Shown piece after piece: positions 48,293 to 60,099 of a stretch of 64,000 nt of DNA. A program made the translations under genes and the position numbers. This DNA is from Candidatus Hydrogenedentota bacterium (GTDB lineage Bacteria > Hydrogenedentota > Hydrogenedentia > Hydrogenedentales > CAITNO01): NCBI GenBank assembly GCA_903893795.1, contig CAITNO010000156.1:4557-68556 (forward strand), read 5' to 3'. Below the pieces are notes generated by a model. It made no database searches. It worked only from the letters and a program-made list of their open reading frames with translations, and was not told the DNA's origin. The first letter of the stretch is position 1; each line of letters starts with the position of its first letter.

Positions 48293-49879
48293 ATGGGCGG
48301 ACAAGTGAGAGTTCAAATAGCGCGAGTGCGCGCTTCGCTGGAACGGGGACGCCGTTTTGCGGCGCATGACGTCTGGCGCATTGGACGACCGGGCGAGGAA
48401 GTCCCGCACGGGTTTATCATTCAGCAGATTCGCGCGGCCATCCTGCTGGCGCGCAGCGTGGGTGAGGAGACACTCGTCGTTCGGGCGGCAGCCCTGTCTT
48501 TCGCCACCCTCATCTTTCTCGTTCCTTTTATGGCGTTCATGTTCTACTTCATTCAAACCTTTAATCTGGGCGACCGGATATACGACGCAGCCGACAGGCA
48601 GTTGACCCAGTTGGTCGGCACCTTGCGCCAACTGGAATTGGTTTCCGTTCCTGCCAACACCGATTCCACGCCCCAGAAGGACCAGGAGACCAAGCCAAAT
48701 CCGGCCAACGACGAGGCACTCAAACAGCGCCTGATTGCATGGGTCTTTCCCGTTTTTGAGGCCCAGCAGGAGGCTGGCGCACCGATCAATTATGAAAACC
48801 CGGTGCGCATTCTGGTGCGCCTGGCCGAGGAAAGCGCCACCAAACCGAGAGCCTTGGGTATTACGGGGTTGCTCTTCGTGCTCAGTACGGTCTTTGGGTT
48901 CATGCGCAACGTGGAACATTCCTTCAACCGTATTTGGGGTGTTCGAAGAACGAGGGGCGTTCTTCGTGCCGTCAGTGACTATTTGCTCGTTACGGTGCTG
49001 CTGCCCTTCGCGGCGGCGGCGGTGCTGGGGGTCACAGCTGCCCTCGAAGGCACCCATTTGAAGGAACTTCTCGGCCCGGTTGCCATTCTATTGCGCGGCA
49101 GTCAATTCGTCATTATTGCGTCCGCGTTTTGTCTTGTTTATTGGATCGTCCCCAATACCCGTGTTCGGTTCCGTTATGCCCTGCTCGGAGGAATTGTGGC
49201 GGGCCTGCTTTGGGCGCTTATGTCATGGGGCTATATCAAGTTTCAGTTTGGTCTTGCGCGATACGCTCTGTTTTTCTCGACCTTCGCACTGTTTCCATTG
49301 TTTCTTATGTGGATATACACGAGTTGGCTCATCCTTCTCTTCGGGGCCGTGGTGGCCTATGCCTATCAGAACGAAAAGACTTTTGCCATGGAACGCCTGG
49401 CGGGGGAGGCTCCTTTTGCCTACAGGGAGGCGGTGGCGGTGCGGACCATGATAGAAATATGCAAACGCTTTGCGGCCGGAGGACCGCCCATGACCGTGCA
49501 AGAGGCGGCGGAGGCGTGGAACGTGCCCACGCGGCTCCTCTTGGAAACCCTTGAGCGTCTGACCACTGCCCGCCTTACAACCGCCTGCGCGGACCCCGTC
49601 GGCTGGCAGCCTGCGCGGGCGCCCGAATGTATTCTCGTACGGGATGTGGTGGCGGCCATGCGGGAACAGGGAGAGGATCCGTCGCTTTTCCGCCGCGACA
49701 AGGCCTTTCTGCCCCTCTTTGCAAGACTCGATGCGGCTGACCCCGCCTTGCTGGACGCCAGTATGATGTCGCTTGCGGGGCCCGATCCGCCTCCAGACCC
49801 TGTCGAGATTCCCGGTGATACCGTTGCTCCAGAGCCACTACCGGCAGAGACTTCCGATTTCTTTGAGGTAAATAGTTGA
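48293..49879 (+). CDS. YihY/BrkB-family inner-membrane protein with a C-terminal extension
   Basis: 'AAALSFATLIFLVPFMAF' and 'MRNVEHSFNRIWGVRRTRG' match the YihY family. The ~150-aa soluble C-terminal tail is unusual. Confidence 0.7.
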   Translation: MGGQVRVQIARVRASLERGRRFAAHDVWRIGRPGEEVPHGFIIQQIRAAILLARSVGEETLVVRAAALSFATLIFLVPFMAFMFYFIQTFNLGDRIYDAADRQLTQLVGTLRQLELVSVPANTDSTPQKDQETKPNPANDEALKQRLIAWVFPVFEAQQEAGAPINYENPVRILVRLAEESATKPRALGITGLLFVLSTVFGFMRNVEHSFNRIWGVRRTRGVLRAVSDYLLVTVLLPFAAAAVLGVTAALEGTHLKELLGPVAILLRGSQFVIIASAFCLVYWIVPNTRVRFRYALLGGIVAGLLWALMSWGYIKFQFGLARYALFFSTFALFPLFLMWIYTSWLILLFGAVVAYAYQNEKTFAMERLAGEAPFAYREAVAVRTMIEICKRFAAGGPPMTVQEAAEAWNVPTRLLLETLERLTTARLTTACADPVGWQPARAPECILVRDVVAAMREQGEDPSLFRRDKAFLPLFARLDAADPALLDASMMSLAGPDPPPDPVEIPGDTVAPEPLPAETSDFFEVNS

Positions 49880-50018
49880 CTTTTTCGGCCACTTCGAACA
49901 CAATAGCAACGGTGTATTCGTATTGGAGCATCCAAGCGTAGGTAGCGCCATGTCCGGCAAGGGGAATGCTCCCGTAAAATCGGACAAGCGTTGAACGCGA
50001 AGAAAGGGCTTTGCTCTC

Positions 50019-53000
50019 ATGCCACGCGTCTTCCTGAAGATGATTTTCGTTGTGTTGGTGATGGGCTGTTTCGTTTTGGCAGGATGTCCCTCGGAGACAT
50101 CGCCAAACCCCGTCCCTAATTTTGCCGCTTCGGCATTAAACGGAACCGTGCCTTTCCCGGTTCAGTTCACAGACACCTCGCAGCAAGGCACCACGCCGAT
50201 CAAGGCGTGGGCGTGGGAATTTGGGGATGGCACGCGCAGCACGGAGCGCAACCCATCAAAGACCTACAGTTTTGCCGGTTCTTTCACGGTCAGCCTGACC
50301 ATTACGTCATCGCAGGGTAACTTTACCCGGACGGCCGAAAAACTGATTCAGGTGAAAGATCCGACCACTTTTGGCTCCCTTGACACCGCAGGCGGTTCCG
50401 TAACCGCGGACGGCGTCACCATCACTGTGCCGGCCGGGGTCCTGAAGTCAGAAACTGTGTTTGGTGTGAACGATAACACGACCGATGTGGCGCTTCCGGC
50501 GACGGAAAATACTGTTCGCATCGCCCGCACCTATTCCATCAGCCACAACAACAGCACCACTGACCTTTACATCGCTGGCGCCGATGGAAAGGTTTCGCCC
50601 ACCACCGTTCGTGTTCCCCTGCTTACAGGCGGCTTTGCTCCCAGTGGCAGCCAGGCGGGACAGATTTTCCTCCTGGCCCAGTTCGACAACGGCAGGACCC
50701 TGCCGATTCCGGCGACGATTGACTCGGACGCGGCCGTTGCCAAAGTCATGCGCCTTCCTGGACACGGTTCTTACACCGTGATTTACCGCCCCGAAAGCTC
50801 CACATTTAGGGCCAGCGATTATGCCAAGGATTTGAAGGACACTCCCGATGCACTGCACACGTGGCCGGCCACGTGGAAGATGAGCGCCAGCGTGGAACTG
50901 GTGCGCCAGCTCACAGCCCTTCGCCTTGGAGACATTAACAATGAGTTTTCTTTCGGACACCGGAACTTTACCGACCAGCAGCTCTCGGAAACGGGTGTCG
51001 GACTGCTGATTGGCATCCAGGCCTTCCATGACGGTCTTGCCGTGGGTGACCTGAGGCACCCGGCATTGATTGAGGATGACGGCGCCTACTCGCTCATCAT
51101 TCACAACATGCAGGCGGCCTATCCCTCCGATTACAGCCGCTTCTCCGCCTTGGAATACAGCGATGACTTCTTCGGCCAGATTGTCGTAGACCCGGGACAA
51201 CTGCTGGCAATAAGCAGCCATAACGCCGCTGAATACGCCGCAGGCGGGAAGGCAGACAAAGATATTGCCCAGGTGTTCAGTGTTAAGACGGCCTTTGTCG
51301 AGGCACTCTACAGCTCCGTATCGCGCGCCTACAATTTCCCGAATATCACCACCGTCGGTGATGCCACCATGTATCTGCCCGTTCCGGCTGACAGGGATGA
51401 CAAGGGCAACGTGTTGCCCGTTTCATTCCTCGTCGGCGTGGCCAAGGGCGGTCCGACCTATCTGGGCCAGGCTGCTGATGACCGCCGCGCCCGGAGCCTG
51501 GAAGCGGCTGAATTTGCCGACCTTTCCCTGCCCTTGCTCTTTCCCTACAGTTCGAACCTCCCTGCCTATGCCGCCTCGGGTCAGGAGTTCTACTTCTATC
51601 TTGGCAACGACACGGCACACTATATCGATCCGGTGGTCCTTATTGGCAAATCGCTGGAAGGCATGAGGATTGCCTTGGATGATCAGTCCAACAACGGCGC
51701 TGATTTGTCCTTCCCCGAGGCGTTCGCCACTATTTACCAAGTCATGAACGATCCGCAGGTGCTCGACAAGAAGCTGTCAGCCGACTATTGGGATTTTGCC
51801 AGGGACCGCGCCTATGAGAACAGCCATGTTGCGGCCATTCGCAACGCAGACAAAACACTCAAACCCTATACATTCAATGCAGACCGCTTCAGTGCCAATG
51901 CGGTGATTCAGGCAAGCCTTGACTCTCCCAGCAGTGCGGTTACAGTCAATGGGGAATCCAACGCATCGCTGTCAAACGTGTTGCCCCTGTCCAGTCGTGC
52001 CGTTCTCCTTCAGACGAGCGCCATGAGCACCGGTGTCGAACTAACTTTCAATGCCGCCGACTGGAAGTCCGACGACGACGGCAACAGCGTGGCCGTCAAG
52101 GTGTACCGAGCCGGGGAGGACGGTGTCGAACTGAGCAGTCCCGCGGGTGTCTATGGTGATTATGAGACCAAGGATGCCGATGGGGACGGCGTAAATGACA
52201 CGATTGTCGTACACAACCTGCGAAGCGACGCAGAGGAGGATTGCGGCGGTCAGATTGTGGTGATTGCCGCGAACCTCAACCTTACCGAACTCAACACCCT
52301 GAGTGTTACGGCACAATCCCAGTCCCTGCTCGATGTGGCTGAGAACAAAGTCCTTGCCGAATACGTGAGCGCCTGCGACCCCAACTTCTCCTATCAGGTT
52401 CGAAACACGCTGCGGGACAGTTCCAAGGGCATCACGGCCTACGTCATCGAAATGACGTCAGGGGTGTGGCGTGGGGCACAGGAGGTCAACCAGCCAACCT
52501 GGCGCCACTTCCTCACCGTTATTGAGCCGGACAATACTTCCTCGACGACCGCCATGCTGATGATTTCCGGCGGCAGCACCGGGGTGGAACCCACGCAGAC
52601 CGAGGCGGCCCTGCTGATACCCTTTGCGGTTGATTCCGGCAGTATTGTTGCCCTCATGCAGGCCGTGCCAAATGAACCCCTGGTCTTCTCGGACGAGGGC
52701 ACCTCGCGCACGGAGGACGAGATTATCGCCTACAGTTACAGCAAGTACATGGACTCCTTTGAAAAGGGCCTTACGGACATGACGTGGCCGCTGTTGCTGC
52801 CCATGACACGCTCCGCCGTGCGCGCCATGGACACCCTCCAGGGCTACATGTCCGTCAAGCCCAGCGGTGCTCGCGTCATTGACCATTTTGTGGTTTCCGG
52901 CGCCTCCAAGCGCGGATGGACGACCTGGCTCACCGCCGCGGCCGACAAGCGCGTGTCGGCCATCATGCCCATAGTGATCGATGTGCTCAGCATGGAAAAG

Positions 53001-53822
53001 CAAATCACGCACCAGAAGAATTCGTACAGCAGCTACGCCTTTGATGACACGGCAAACAAGATTTACCACGGCTATTCGTCTGCCGTTCAGGCCTACGTGA
53101 AAATGAATGTCTTCCAGCGCTTCGGCACGGCTGAGTCACGGTCGCTCTTGAGCATCGTTGACCCGCTTACTTACCGTTCCATTCTTACGATGCCCAAGCT
53201 TATTTCCAATTCCACAGGCGACCAGTTCTTCCTGCCCGATTCTTCACGCTTCTATCTTGACCAGATGCTCGGCCACAACTATCTGCACTATGCGCCAAAT
53301 ACAGACCATAGCCTTATCACCGGGCTAGGCTTTGAGCGCGGCACCCTGAGCACGATAGAGGCCTTTTACCTGGCCCAGATCCGCAACAGCAACAGGTTTT
53401 CCACTGACGATGTGACGATACCCCAGTATTCCTGGCGTTATGAGGACGACGCTGCACACGGCAAAGCGAGGATAATCGTGACAACCGTGCAGGTGCCCAC
53501 CACGGTCAAATTGTGGACGGCCGCGAACGCAAGTCATCGAGACTTCCGGTTGGAGACACTGGGTGCTGCGTGGACCAGTACCCTGCTCAAATCGCAGTGC
53601 GAGGTGGAATGCGCGCTGCCCACGGCCCCGGCCAATTGCAGTTGCGACCCTGAAGCCAAGAATCAGGTGTTCGTCGGTGAGGTGGACGTGCCGGCGACCG
53701 ATGCCGGATGGCGTGGGTTCTTTGTGGAGTTGACCTATCCCGGTCCCGATCCGAACCTGTCCGACGTCAACTTTACCTTCACCAGCCCTGTCCGGGTCGT
53801 CCCTGACGTTTATCCCAATTGA
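50019..53822 (+). CDS. Giant lipoprotein (1267 aa): N-terminal PKD domain, large unknown middle, C-terminal PhoPQ-activated-pathogenicity-related (PqaA-like) hydrolase-fold domain
   Basis: Lipobox 'VLAGC'. PKD motif 'WAWEFGDGTRSTERNPSKTYSFAGSFTVSLT'. C-terminal 'GASKRGWTTWLTAAADKRVSAIMP' is PqaA-like. Confidence 0.65.
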   Translation: MPRVFLKMIFVVLVMGCFVLAGCPSETSPNPVPNFAASALNGTVPFPVQFTDTSQQGTTPIKAWAWEFGDGTRSTERNPSKTYSFAGSFTVSLTITSSQGNFTRTAEKLIQVKDPTTFGSLDTAGGSVTADGVTITVPAGVLKSETVFGVNDNTTDVALPATENTVRIARTYSISHNNSTTDLYIAGADGKVSPTTVRVPLLTGGFAPSGSQAGQIFLLAQFDNGRTLPIPATIDSDAAVAKVMRLPGHGSYTVIYRPESSTFRASDYAKDLKDTPDALHTWPATWKMSASVELVRQLTALRLGDINNEFSFGHRNFTDQQLSETGVGLLIGIQAFHDGLAVGDLRHPALIEDDGAYSLIIHNMQAAYPSDYSRFSALEYSDDFFGQIVVDPGQLLAISSHNAAEYAAGGKADKDIAQVFSVKTAFVEALYSSVSRAYNFPNITTVGDATMYLPVPADRDDKGNVLPVSFLVGVAKGGPTYLGQAADDRRARSLEAAEFADLSLPLLFPYSSNLPAYAASGQEFYFYLGNDTAHYIDPVVLIGKSLEGMRIALDDQSNNGADLSFPEAFATIYQVMNDPQVLDKKLSADYWDFARDRAYENSHVAAIRNADKTLKPYTFNADRFSANAVIQASLDSPSSAVTVNGESNASLSNVLPLSSRAVLLQTSAMSTGVELTFNAADWKSDDDGNSVAVKVYRAGEDGVELSSPAGVYGDYETKDADGDGVNDTIVVHNLRSDAEEDCGGQIVVIAANLNLTELNTLSVTAQSQSLLDVAENKVLAEYVSACDPNFSYQVRNTLRDSSKGITAYVIEMTSGVWRGAQEVNQPTWRHFLTVIEPDNTSSTTAMLMISGGSTGVEPTQTEAALLIPFAVDSGSIVALMQAVPNEPLVFSDEGTSRTEDEIIAYSYSKYMDSFEKGLTDMTWPLLLPMTRSAVRAMDTLQGYMSVKPSGARVIDHFVVSGASKRGWTTWLTAAADKRVSAIMPIVIDVLSMEKQITHQKNSYSSYAFDDTANKIYHGYSSAVQAYVKMNVFQRFGTAESRSLLSIVDPLTYRSILTMPKLISNSTGDQFFLPDSSRFYLDQMLGHNYLHYAPNTDHSLITGLGFERGTLSTIEAFYLAQIRNSNRFSTDDVTIPQYSWRYEDDAAHGKARIIVTTVQVPTTVKLWTAANASHRDFRLETLGAAWTSTLLKSQCEVECALPTAPANCSCDPEAKNQVFVGEVDVPATDAGWRGFFVELTYPGPDPNLSDVNFTFTSPVRVVPDVYPN

Positions 53823-53853
53823 GATAAGGCACGGTTTTACTCAGAGTCATGAC

Positions 53854-53888
53854 GCCCCGAAGTAACCCTGCTTCGGGGCGTTTGACTT
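53854..53888 (+). terminator. Rho-independent terminator
   Basis: Stem gccccgaag / cttcggggc with loop taaccctg, followed by gtttgactt. Confidence 0.6.
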
Positions 53889-54006
53889 GATTCTGCCTGT
53901 GTTCGTGAACGGGTCCGCCTTCGTGTGGTATCTTTCAAGGGCCGCTGCGCTGTGTGACACCGCGGCAGGCTGACAAGGGGTGTCCGGCTTTGTTGGGAGT
54001 GTCCTG

Positions 54007-55089
54007 ATGGTTTCAATCCATGACATAATGAAGGAGGCGGTTGCCCGAAGTGCCTCCGACGTCCACATCAAAATTGACAATCCGCCCATCCTGCGCGTCA
54101 ATGGTGTTCTCCTACGGCTTGACCAGCTTCCCGTCGTCACCGCGGAATCTGCACGCGCGCTTCTTGCCGAGATGGCTGATGCCCGTGACATGGCCAAGTT
54201 CGACAAGCTGCTGGAGCTGGACTGTTCGTACATGTATGGAAATATTGCGCGATTTCGCGTAAATGCCTGCATTGACGACGGCAAACCGCGCATAGTCCTT
54301 CGTCTTATACCGATTGTCATCCGTAATCTCGATGATTTGCGCCTGCCTCCCGTACTTAAGAAAATGTGCTATATAAAGAACGGGTTGGTGCTGTTTACCG
54401 GCCCCACCGGATGCGGCAAGTCAACCTCGCTCGCCGCCATGATTCAGGAGATCAACCTCAACCGGCCAGACCACATCATCACCATTGAGGATCCCCTTGA
54501 ATTCATGCACACGGACAGAATGGGAATCGTCACACAGCGGGAGGTGGGCCATGACACCCTGTCTTTCGCAAACGCCCTGCGCGCGGCATTGCGGCAGGAT
54601 CCCGATGTTATTCTTATCGGGGAGATGCGTGACACAGAAACCGTGCGCACCGCCCTGGCTTCCGCGGAAACGGGCCATCTGGTCTTCTCCACCCTGCACA
54701 CCATCGATGCAGTGGAGACGCTGAACCGCGTCATGGAGTTCTTCGAACCGCACCAGCAGATTCAAATACGCAAACAGCTTGCAAGTGTGCTGCGTGGCAT
54801 CTGCTCCCAGCGCATTCTCCCCACCGTGAGCGGCAAGGACCGTATCGTGGCCTGCGAGATGCTTGTGGGGACGCGCACTATTCGCGATTTCATCGACCAG
54901 GGAAAATCCTTCAAGGAGATTCTGTCCATTATTGAGGAAAGCAAAGACCAATATGGCATGCAGACCTTTGATCAGGCCCTCTACGACCTTTGGAAGGCCA
55001 AGACGATAACGGCCGAAACGGCCTTGCAGAACGCCACCAGTTCAAAAGACCTCAAGTTGCGCATGCAGGGCATGTCCGTCAAGGGCTGA
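54007..55089 (+). CDS. pilT: Type IV pilus retraction ATPase
   Basis: Walker A 'GPTGCGKST', 'IGEMRD', and 'HLVFSTLHT'. Conserved throughout, as in canonical PilT. Confidence 0.9.
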   Translation: MVSIHDIMKEAVARSASDVHIKIDNPPILRVNGVLLRLDQLPVVTAESARALLAEMADARDMAKFDKLLELDCSYMYGNIARFRVNACIDDGKPRIVLRLIPIVIRNLDDLRLPPVLKKMCYIKNGLVLFTGPTGCGKSTSLAAMIQEINLNRPDHIITIEDPLEFMHTDRMGIVTQREVGHDTLSFANALRAALRQDPDVILIGEMRDTETVRTALASAETGHLVFSTLHTIDAVETLNRVMEFFEPHQQIQIRKQLASVLRGICSQRILPTVSGKDRIVACEMLVGTRTIRDFIDQGKSFKEILSIIEESKDQYGMQTFDQALYDLWKAKTITAETALQNATSSKDLKLRMQGMSVKG

Positions 55090-58000
55090 GAGTCGTTCGT
55101 GAAGAAAACTCCTGTTTTCGGGACAGGTAATAAAGGATAGGGACGGCCATGCGTGATAGCAGGAGGGAGGCTATCTCTCCAGCCATCAAGGAGATGGCCA
55201 GTCCCTGAAAAATTGGGTCGAAGAGGATCACCGACGATCCCACGATCACTGCTGCCGCAGTGAGCAGCATCGGGCGAAAACGCACCGCGCCCGCATCCAC
55301 CACCGCCTGTGCAAGGGGCATGCCTTCAGCCAGTCGGAGCTCAATGAAATCCACGAGAATGATGGAATTGCGCACCACGATGCCCGCACCGGCAATAAAG
55401 CCGATCATGGAGGTCGCTGTGAAGAAGGCACCCATGATCCAGTGGGCAGGCAGGATCCCGACAAGGGAGAAGGGGATGGCCGCCATGATCACGAAAGGCG
55501 TCTTCATGGACTGAAACCACCCCACCACGAGGATGAATATCAGAACAAGCACGGCGGCAAAGGCTATGCCCATGTCACGAAAGACCTCGTAGGTGACGAA
55601 CCACTCACCATCCCATTTTACCGCGTAGTCGGCGGTGGTGCCGGGTTGCTCGGTGGAGTATTGGGTGATTGGCCCGCCGCCGGGGGCTATCATCGCGGCA
55701 AGCTTCCGTTGAAGATCGAAAATGACATACACCGGACTTTCACCCCTTCCGCCTGCATCTCCAGTCACATAAACAACGGGCATGAGATTCTTGTGATAAA
55801 TGCTCTTGTCCTCTATCACCTCTTCTACGCTGACAAGCTGTCCCAGCGAGACCATGCTCGCCAGCGAACCGGCCACCTTAATCTCCTTGAGACTGTCAAT
55901 AGCTGACCGTTCGCTTCGCTTCATTGTCAGGAACACTGGCACATCCTCCTTCTCCGTGGGCTTGTGCACCAGACCAACACCCAGTCCGCGAAGCGCAATA
56001 TTCAGAGTGGCGTTAATCTGGTCCACGGACACGCCGTTCAGGGCGGCCTTCTCCTGGTCCACGGTCATTCGATACTTGACCGCGTCTGCCTCCACAAACG
56101 AATCGGTATCCACCACGCCGTCAGTATGGTCAAAGACGTTTTCTACCTCTTTGGCCAACGCTATCTGCCCGGCGTAGTCCGGTCCGTAGACTTCGGCCAC
56201 CAGGGTTTGAAGAACGGGCGGCCCCGGTGGAACCTCGGCAACTTTCACCCTTGCGTTAAACTTATGAGCGATCGCTTGAATGTGTGGGCGGGCGCGTTTG
56301 GCAATTTCGTGGCTTTGGGCCGTTCGATGCTCCTTGGAGGCAAGATTTACTTGGATGTCCGCCTCGTTTGCCTGATGCCGCAGGAAATAGTGCCGCACCA
56401 GGCCGTTAAAGTTGTGGGGGGATGCGGCTCCCGTGTACATCTGGTAGTCCGTAACTTCGGGAATGGTGGCCACATAGTCCCCAATTTCACGGGTCACTGC
56501 GGCCGTTTTCTCCAAGGGAGTTCCTTCTGGCATGTCTATAATGACTTGGAATTCACTCTTGTTGTCGAAGGGCAACATCTTGACCAGTACTTTGGAGTAT
56601 GGAACCAGGGAACAGGCCGCGAGCAGCAGCAGAACAACACTGACCAGAAACCCCGTGCGCAGTGTGGGAACAGTGACCATGGGACCCATGATGCGGCGAT
56701 AGAGCCGATCCATCCAGCCTTCCTCATGGGCGGCATCAGAAGGCGGACGCGACGCACTCTCCTGCTCCTTGCGGCGCAGGAGCCTCAAAGGGTTCCAGCG
56801 GTGTTCGACGGCATGGTGGTCCGGGTTTCCTTTAAGAAAGCGGTATGCGGCCCAAGGCGTGACCACGAAAGAAATGACCACGGAAAAGACCATGGCGGCC
56901 GAGGCGCCCACCGGAATGGGGCGCATATAGGGGCCCATGAGTCCGCGCACGAAGGCCATCGGAAGAATGGCTGCTATGACCGCGGCGGTCGCCAGCAGGG
57001 TGGGGTTTCCCACCTCGTCGACAGCAGTGACCGCAATTTCCAGCAGGGGCTTTCCCTTGTTTTCAGGCAGGCGAAAATGCCGCACAATGTTCTCCACAAC
57101 GACAATCGCATCATCGACGAGAATGCCAATGGAGAAAATGAGCGCAAAGAGGGTGACTCTGTTTAGGGTATAGCCATACAGGTAGAAGACCACGAGTGTC
57201 AGGGCAAGGGTGACGGGTATGGCAAGGCCCACAGTGCCCGACTCCCGAAGTCCCAAGACTATGGCGATCAGCAACGACACGGAAAGGATGGCCAGTGCCA
57301 TGTGATAGAGCAATTCATTGGACTTCTCTGACGCGGTCTCTCCGTAATTGCGCGTGACGGTTATGCGCACGTCTGAAGGGACCACGGCTCCCTGAAGCGC
57401 GCTCACCTTTTCAAGAACATGGTCCGCCACGACAATGGCGTTGGTTCCTTTTCGCTTGGCCACTGAAATGGTCACAGCAGGGGAGACTGGGGACTCAGAC
57501 TGTTGGGGGAGGTTGCCTTCAACACCCAGGACGCGGCTGAAATGGGCTGAGGGCCCGTTGCCGAAGTAAACGTAATTGGAGGCTTCCTCGGGGCCGTCCA
57601 CAATGTCCGCGACATCACGCAGGTAAACGGGACGTTGGTCGTGCACGCCGATGACGACATCGCCCACGGCCGCAGCATCCTGCAGAAATCCGCCAGTTTC
57701 CACAAGAAAGTCTTTGTTGTTGGACGAGAAATCGCCTGCCAGGGACTGGGCATTGGCGTGGCTGAGCATGGGCACTATGGCAGCCGGTGAAACACTGTAG
57801 GCCGACATGCGTCCCCTGTCCAGTATTACACGGACCTGCCGTCGCTGGCCGCCTATCACTTTCACTTCCGAGACGTTGGGCACCTCCTTGATCGCGTCGT
57901 TCAACTGCGCCGCGACACGCCTGAGCATGAAATGGTCATAGCGGTTGCTGGAAAGGGTCAACGCCAACACGGGCACGTCATCGATCGAGCGCGGTTTCAC

Positions 58001-58402
58001 CAACGGCTGGCCGCAGCCTGGCGGTATGATGTCGAAATTGGCGTACATCTTCTGGTTGAGCCGGACAATGGCGTCCTCTTCCTTGGTGCCAACGAGAAAG
58101 CGCACTACGACCATGGTGCCACCCGGGCTGGAGGTGGAATAGACATATTCGACGCCGGGAACTTCCCAAAGAAGTTTTTCCAAAGGCCTGGTGACGCGCT
58201 CCTCGACCTCCTTCGCGCCTGCTCCCGGCATCTCGACAAACACGTCTATCATGGGAACGATAATCTGAGGCTCTTCTTCACGTGGCAAAAGCAGCACCGC
58301 GCCCACGCCCAACAGCAGGGAGGCGCCAATCAACAAAGGGGTCAGCTTGCTGGTGATGAAAGTTTGGGCAGTCCTGCCCGCGATTCCCGGAGTCCCGGCC
58401 AT
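55079..58402 (-). CDS. RND efflux transporter permease (AcrB/CzcA superfamily)
   Basis: 1107 aa. Twelve TM helices with two large periplasmic loops. '[12 protein letters not shown]' in TM4. Confidence 0.85.
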   Translation of the reverse strand: MAGTPGIAGRTAQTFITSKLTPLLIGASLLLGVGAVLLLPREEEPQIIVPMIDVFVEMPGAGAKEVEERVTRPLEKLLWEVPGVEYVYSTSSPGGTMVVVRFLVGTKEEDAIVRLNQKMYANFDIIPPGCGQPLVKPRSIDDVPVLALTLSSNRYDHFMLRRVAAQLNDAIKEVPNVSEVKVIGGQRRQVRVILDRGRMSAYSVSPAAIVPMLSHANAQSLAGDFSSNNKDFLVETGGFLQDAAAVGDVVIGVHDQRPVYLRDVADIVDGPEEASNYVYFGNGPSAHFSRVLGVEGNLPQQSESPVSPAVTISVAKRKGTNAIVVADHVLEKVSALQGAVVPSDVRITVTRNYGETASEKSNELLYHMALAILSVSLLIAIVLGLRESGTVGLAIPVTLALTLVVFYLYGYTLNRVTLFALIFSIGILVDDAIVVVENIVRHFRLPENKGKPLLEIAVTAVDEVGNPTLLATAAVIAAILPMAFVRGLMGPYMRPIPVGASAAMVFSVVISFVVTPWAAYRFLKGNPDHHAVEHRWNPLRLLRRKEQESASRPPSDAAHEEGWMDRLYRRIMGPMVTVPTLRTGFLVSVVLLLLAACSLVPYSKVLVKMLPFDNKSEFQVIIDMPEGTPLEKTAAVTREIGDYVATIPEVTDYQMYTGAASPHNFNGLVRHYFLRHQANEADIQVNLASKEHRTAQSHEIAKRARPHIQAIAHKFNARVKVAEVPPGPPVLQTLVAEVYGPDYAGQIALAKEVENVFDHTDGVVDTDSFVEADAVKYRMTVDQEKAALNGVSVDQINATLNIALRGLGVGLVHKPTEKEDVPVFLTMKRSERSAIDSLKEIKVAGSLASMVSLGQLVSVEEVIEDKSIYHKNLMPVVYVTGDAGGRGESPVYVIFDLQRKLAAMIAPGGGPITQYSTEQPGTTADYAVKWDGEWFVTYEVFRDMGIAFAAVLVLIFILVVGWFQSMKTPFVIMAAIPFSLVGILPAHWIMGAFFTATSMIGFIAGAGIVVRNSIILVDFIELRLAEGMPLAQAVVDAGAVRFRPMLLTAAAVIVGSSVILFDPIFQGLAISLMAGEIASLLLSRMAVPILYYLSRKQEFSSRTTLSP

Positions 58403-58425
58403 GTATTCGTCCTCCTGCCGTTCTC

Positions 58426-59619
58426 TTAACGAACAAAACAGCCGTCTTTAACCCGTTCGGTGCCGTCACTGACGACCCTTTCCCCGGCGTCCAGACCTCC
58501 CAGGATCTCCACCTTGTTTCCGTAAGCCTTGCCTGTCGTTACGAGTCTCAAACGTGCCACGTCGTCCTCGCCAACAACATAGACACAGGAGAGCTCCCCG
58601 CGTTCAAAAAGGGCCGTCGCTGGGACAACAAGAGTCTCCTTCTGTTCCGCGCTGAAAGATGCCCGGCCGAACATGCCGGACTTGATACCGACAGTGGCCG
58701 GGAGTTCTATCTTGACAATGAAGGTTCGGCTGGATGGATCCGCAGACGGTACCAGTTCGGCCACGATGCCATCGAGGCTTCCCTCGTTTACCGCGTCCAG
58801 TCTGACCGGAACCCTCTCGCCCTGCTTTATGCCTTGGACCAACCCCTCGTCGACCACTGCCTCCAAACGGTACTGTTGGGCGTCCTCCAATTCCAGCAGG
58901 GGAGCGCCCGGCGAGGCCATGTCGCCCACCTCAACCCACTTCTTCGTGACCAACCCTGTAAAAGGGGCCTCTACCCTTGTGTGGCTGAGAAAAGCCTTTG
59001 CGTTCTCCAACTGCGCGCGGGCCTGCTCAATGCGGGCCTGCGCCTCTCCGCGACGGGCCTCTATGGAGGCGACCATTTCACCGGCCTGTGCCGCCTGTGC
59101 GGCCGCCGATTTGTATTTTGCGTTGGCTTCGTCCAAGTCCTGGCGGCTAACTGCCTGTTTGTCTGCGAGTCCTTTCACTCGCGCGTAGGTCGAGGTCGCC
59201 AGCGCATTGTCAGCGTCGGAGGCTGCTTTGGCGTGCATGGCCGCCTGAACGGATTTCTCCACTTCCTGCAAGGAATCCTCCGATTGGCGCAGAAGGCTTT
59301 CGGCGCTTCTCATCTGAGCCGCAGCCTCCCGGTCGTCTATCTCAACGAGTAATCGCCCCTTCTCAACCAGGTCGCCCGTATGGACATGAATGACAAGGAT
59401 GTTTCCCGTCGCCTTGCTCTGAATGGTGCTCGAACTGCGTGAGCGCACCGTGCCCACGGCTTCGTAGGGGGTGGTCACCTTGTCTGTTGCCACGACAGTC
59501 ACGGTTGCCGAAACGGTGGGATGATCATGGATTGCCGGCGCGGGTGCCGGGGACCGCCCGCAACCGGCAAAGATGACCATGACAAGGATTTGAGCCGCAA
59601 ACAAGCCTATTCTTTTCAT
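58426..59619 (-). CDS. RND efflux periplasmic adaptor (membrane-fusion-protein lipoprotein)
   Basis: Lipobox 'FAGC'. Coiled-coil hairpin followed by a beta-barrel architecture. Confidence 0.8.
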   Translation of the reverse strand: MKRIGLFAAQILVMVIFAGCGRSPAPAPAIHDHPTVSATVTVVATDKVTTPYEAVGTVRSRSSSTIQSKATGNILVIHVHTGDLVEKGRLLVEIDDREAAAQMRSAESLLRQSEDSLQEVEKSVQAAMHAKAASDADNALATSTYARVKGLADKQAVSRQDLDEANAKYKSAAAQAAQAGEMVASIEARRGEAQARIEQARAQLENAKAFLSHTRVEAPFTGLVTKKWVEVGDMASPGAPLLELEDAQQYRLEAVVDEGLVQGIKQGERVPVRLDAVNEGSLDGIVAELVPSADPSSRTFIVKIELPATVGIKSGMFGRASFSAEQKETLVVPATALFERGELSCVYVVGEDDVARLRLVTTGKAYGNKVEILGGLDAGERVVSDGTERVKDGCFVR

Positions 59620-59700
59620 CGTCGGACCTTTCTTTAGCCCTGTTTCAGTTTCCGACCAAGTTTCATCGCAGGTTCGATTAACGGCGCCTTTGAGTTATCA

Positions 59701-60099
59701 TTAGTGTTGGCAGTGGCAGAAGGAGCCGCCGGTGGGAAGACTACCTGCCAGATAGGCAAGAACCGCTTCTTCTGCTGGCAGTTCGGTTTGCACAAGGAGG
59801 GGCACAATTCCGTATTCCTTGAGGGATTCCGCTGCCCTTCTGCCCATGCCTCGGCAAAGAATAGTTTCGCAGTCCTTGAGCACTTCCGCCATGCCGGCAT
59901 GGTTGTGGCCGTGTGTAGGATTATGCTCGCCTGCGCCATGACACTCTCCGGGTTCATGCTGTTCCTGCGCATTGCCCCGTGTTTCCTTTCCCACAATTGC
60001 CCCGTTCTCAGTTTCAAAGACCACAAAAGTGGGGCTCATTCCAAAGTGCTCGGAGATGTTGGTTCCGTCATTTGAGGGAACGGCAATTTTCTTGATCAT
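59701..60099 (-). CDS. NifB/NifX-family (dinitrogenase FeMo-cofactor-biosynthesis-like) domain protein with a His-rich insert
   Basis: 'KIAVPSNDGTNISEHFGMSPTFVVFE' NifX-like fold. His-rich insert 'HEPGECHGAGEHNPTHGHNHAGM' and C-terminal 'CHCQH'. Overlaps the DUF134 gene by 4 nt. Confidence 0.7.
   Translation of the reverse strand: MIKKIAVPSNDGTNISEHFGMSPTFVVFETENGAIVGKETRGNAQEQHEPGECHGAGEHNPTHGHNHAGMAEVLKDCETILCRGMGRRAAESLKEYGIVPLLVQTELPAEEAVLAYLAGSLPTGGSFCHCQH

Noticed and set aside
55964-57166. 400-aa plus-strand ORF inside the RND permease
   Set aside because: Antisense shadow. The RND gene is unambiguous.
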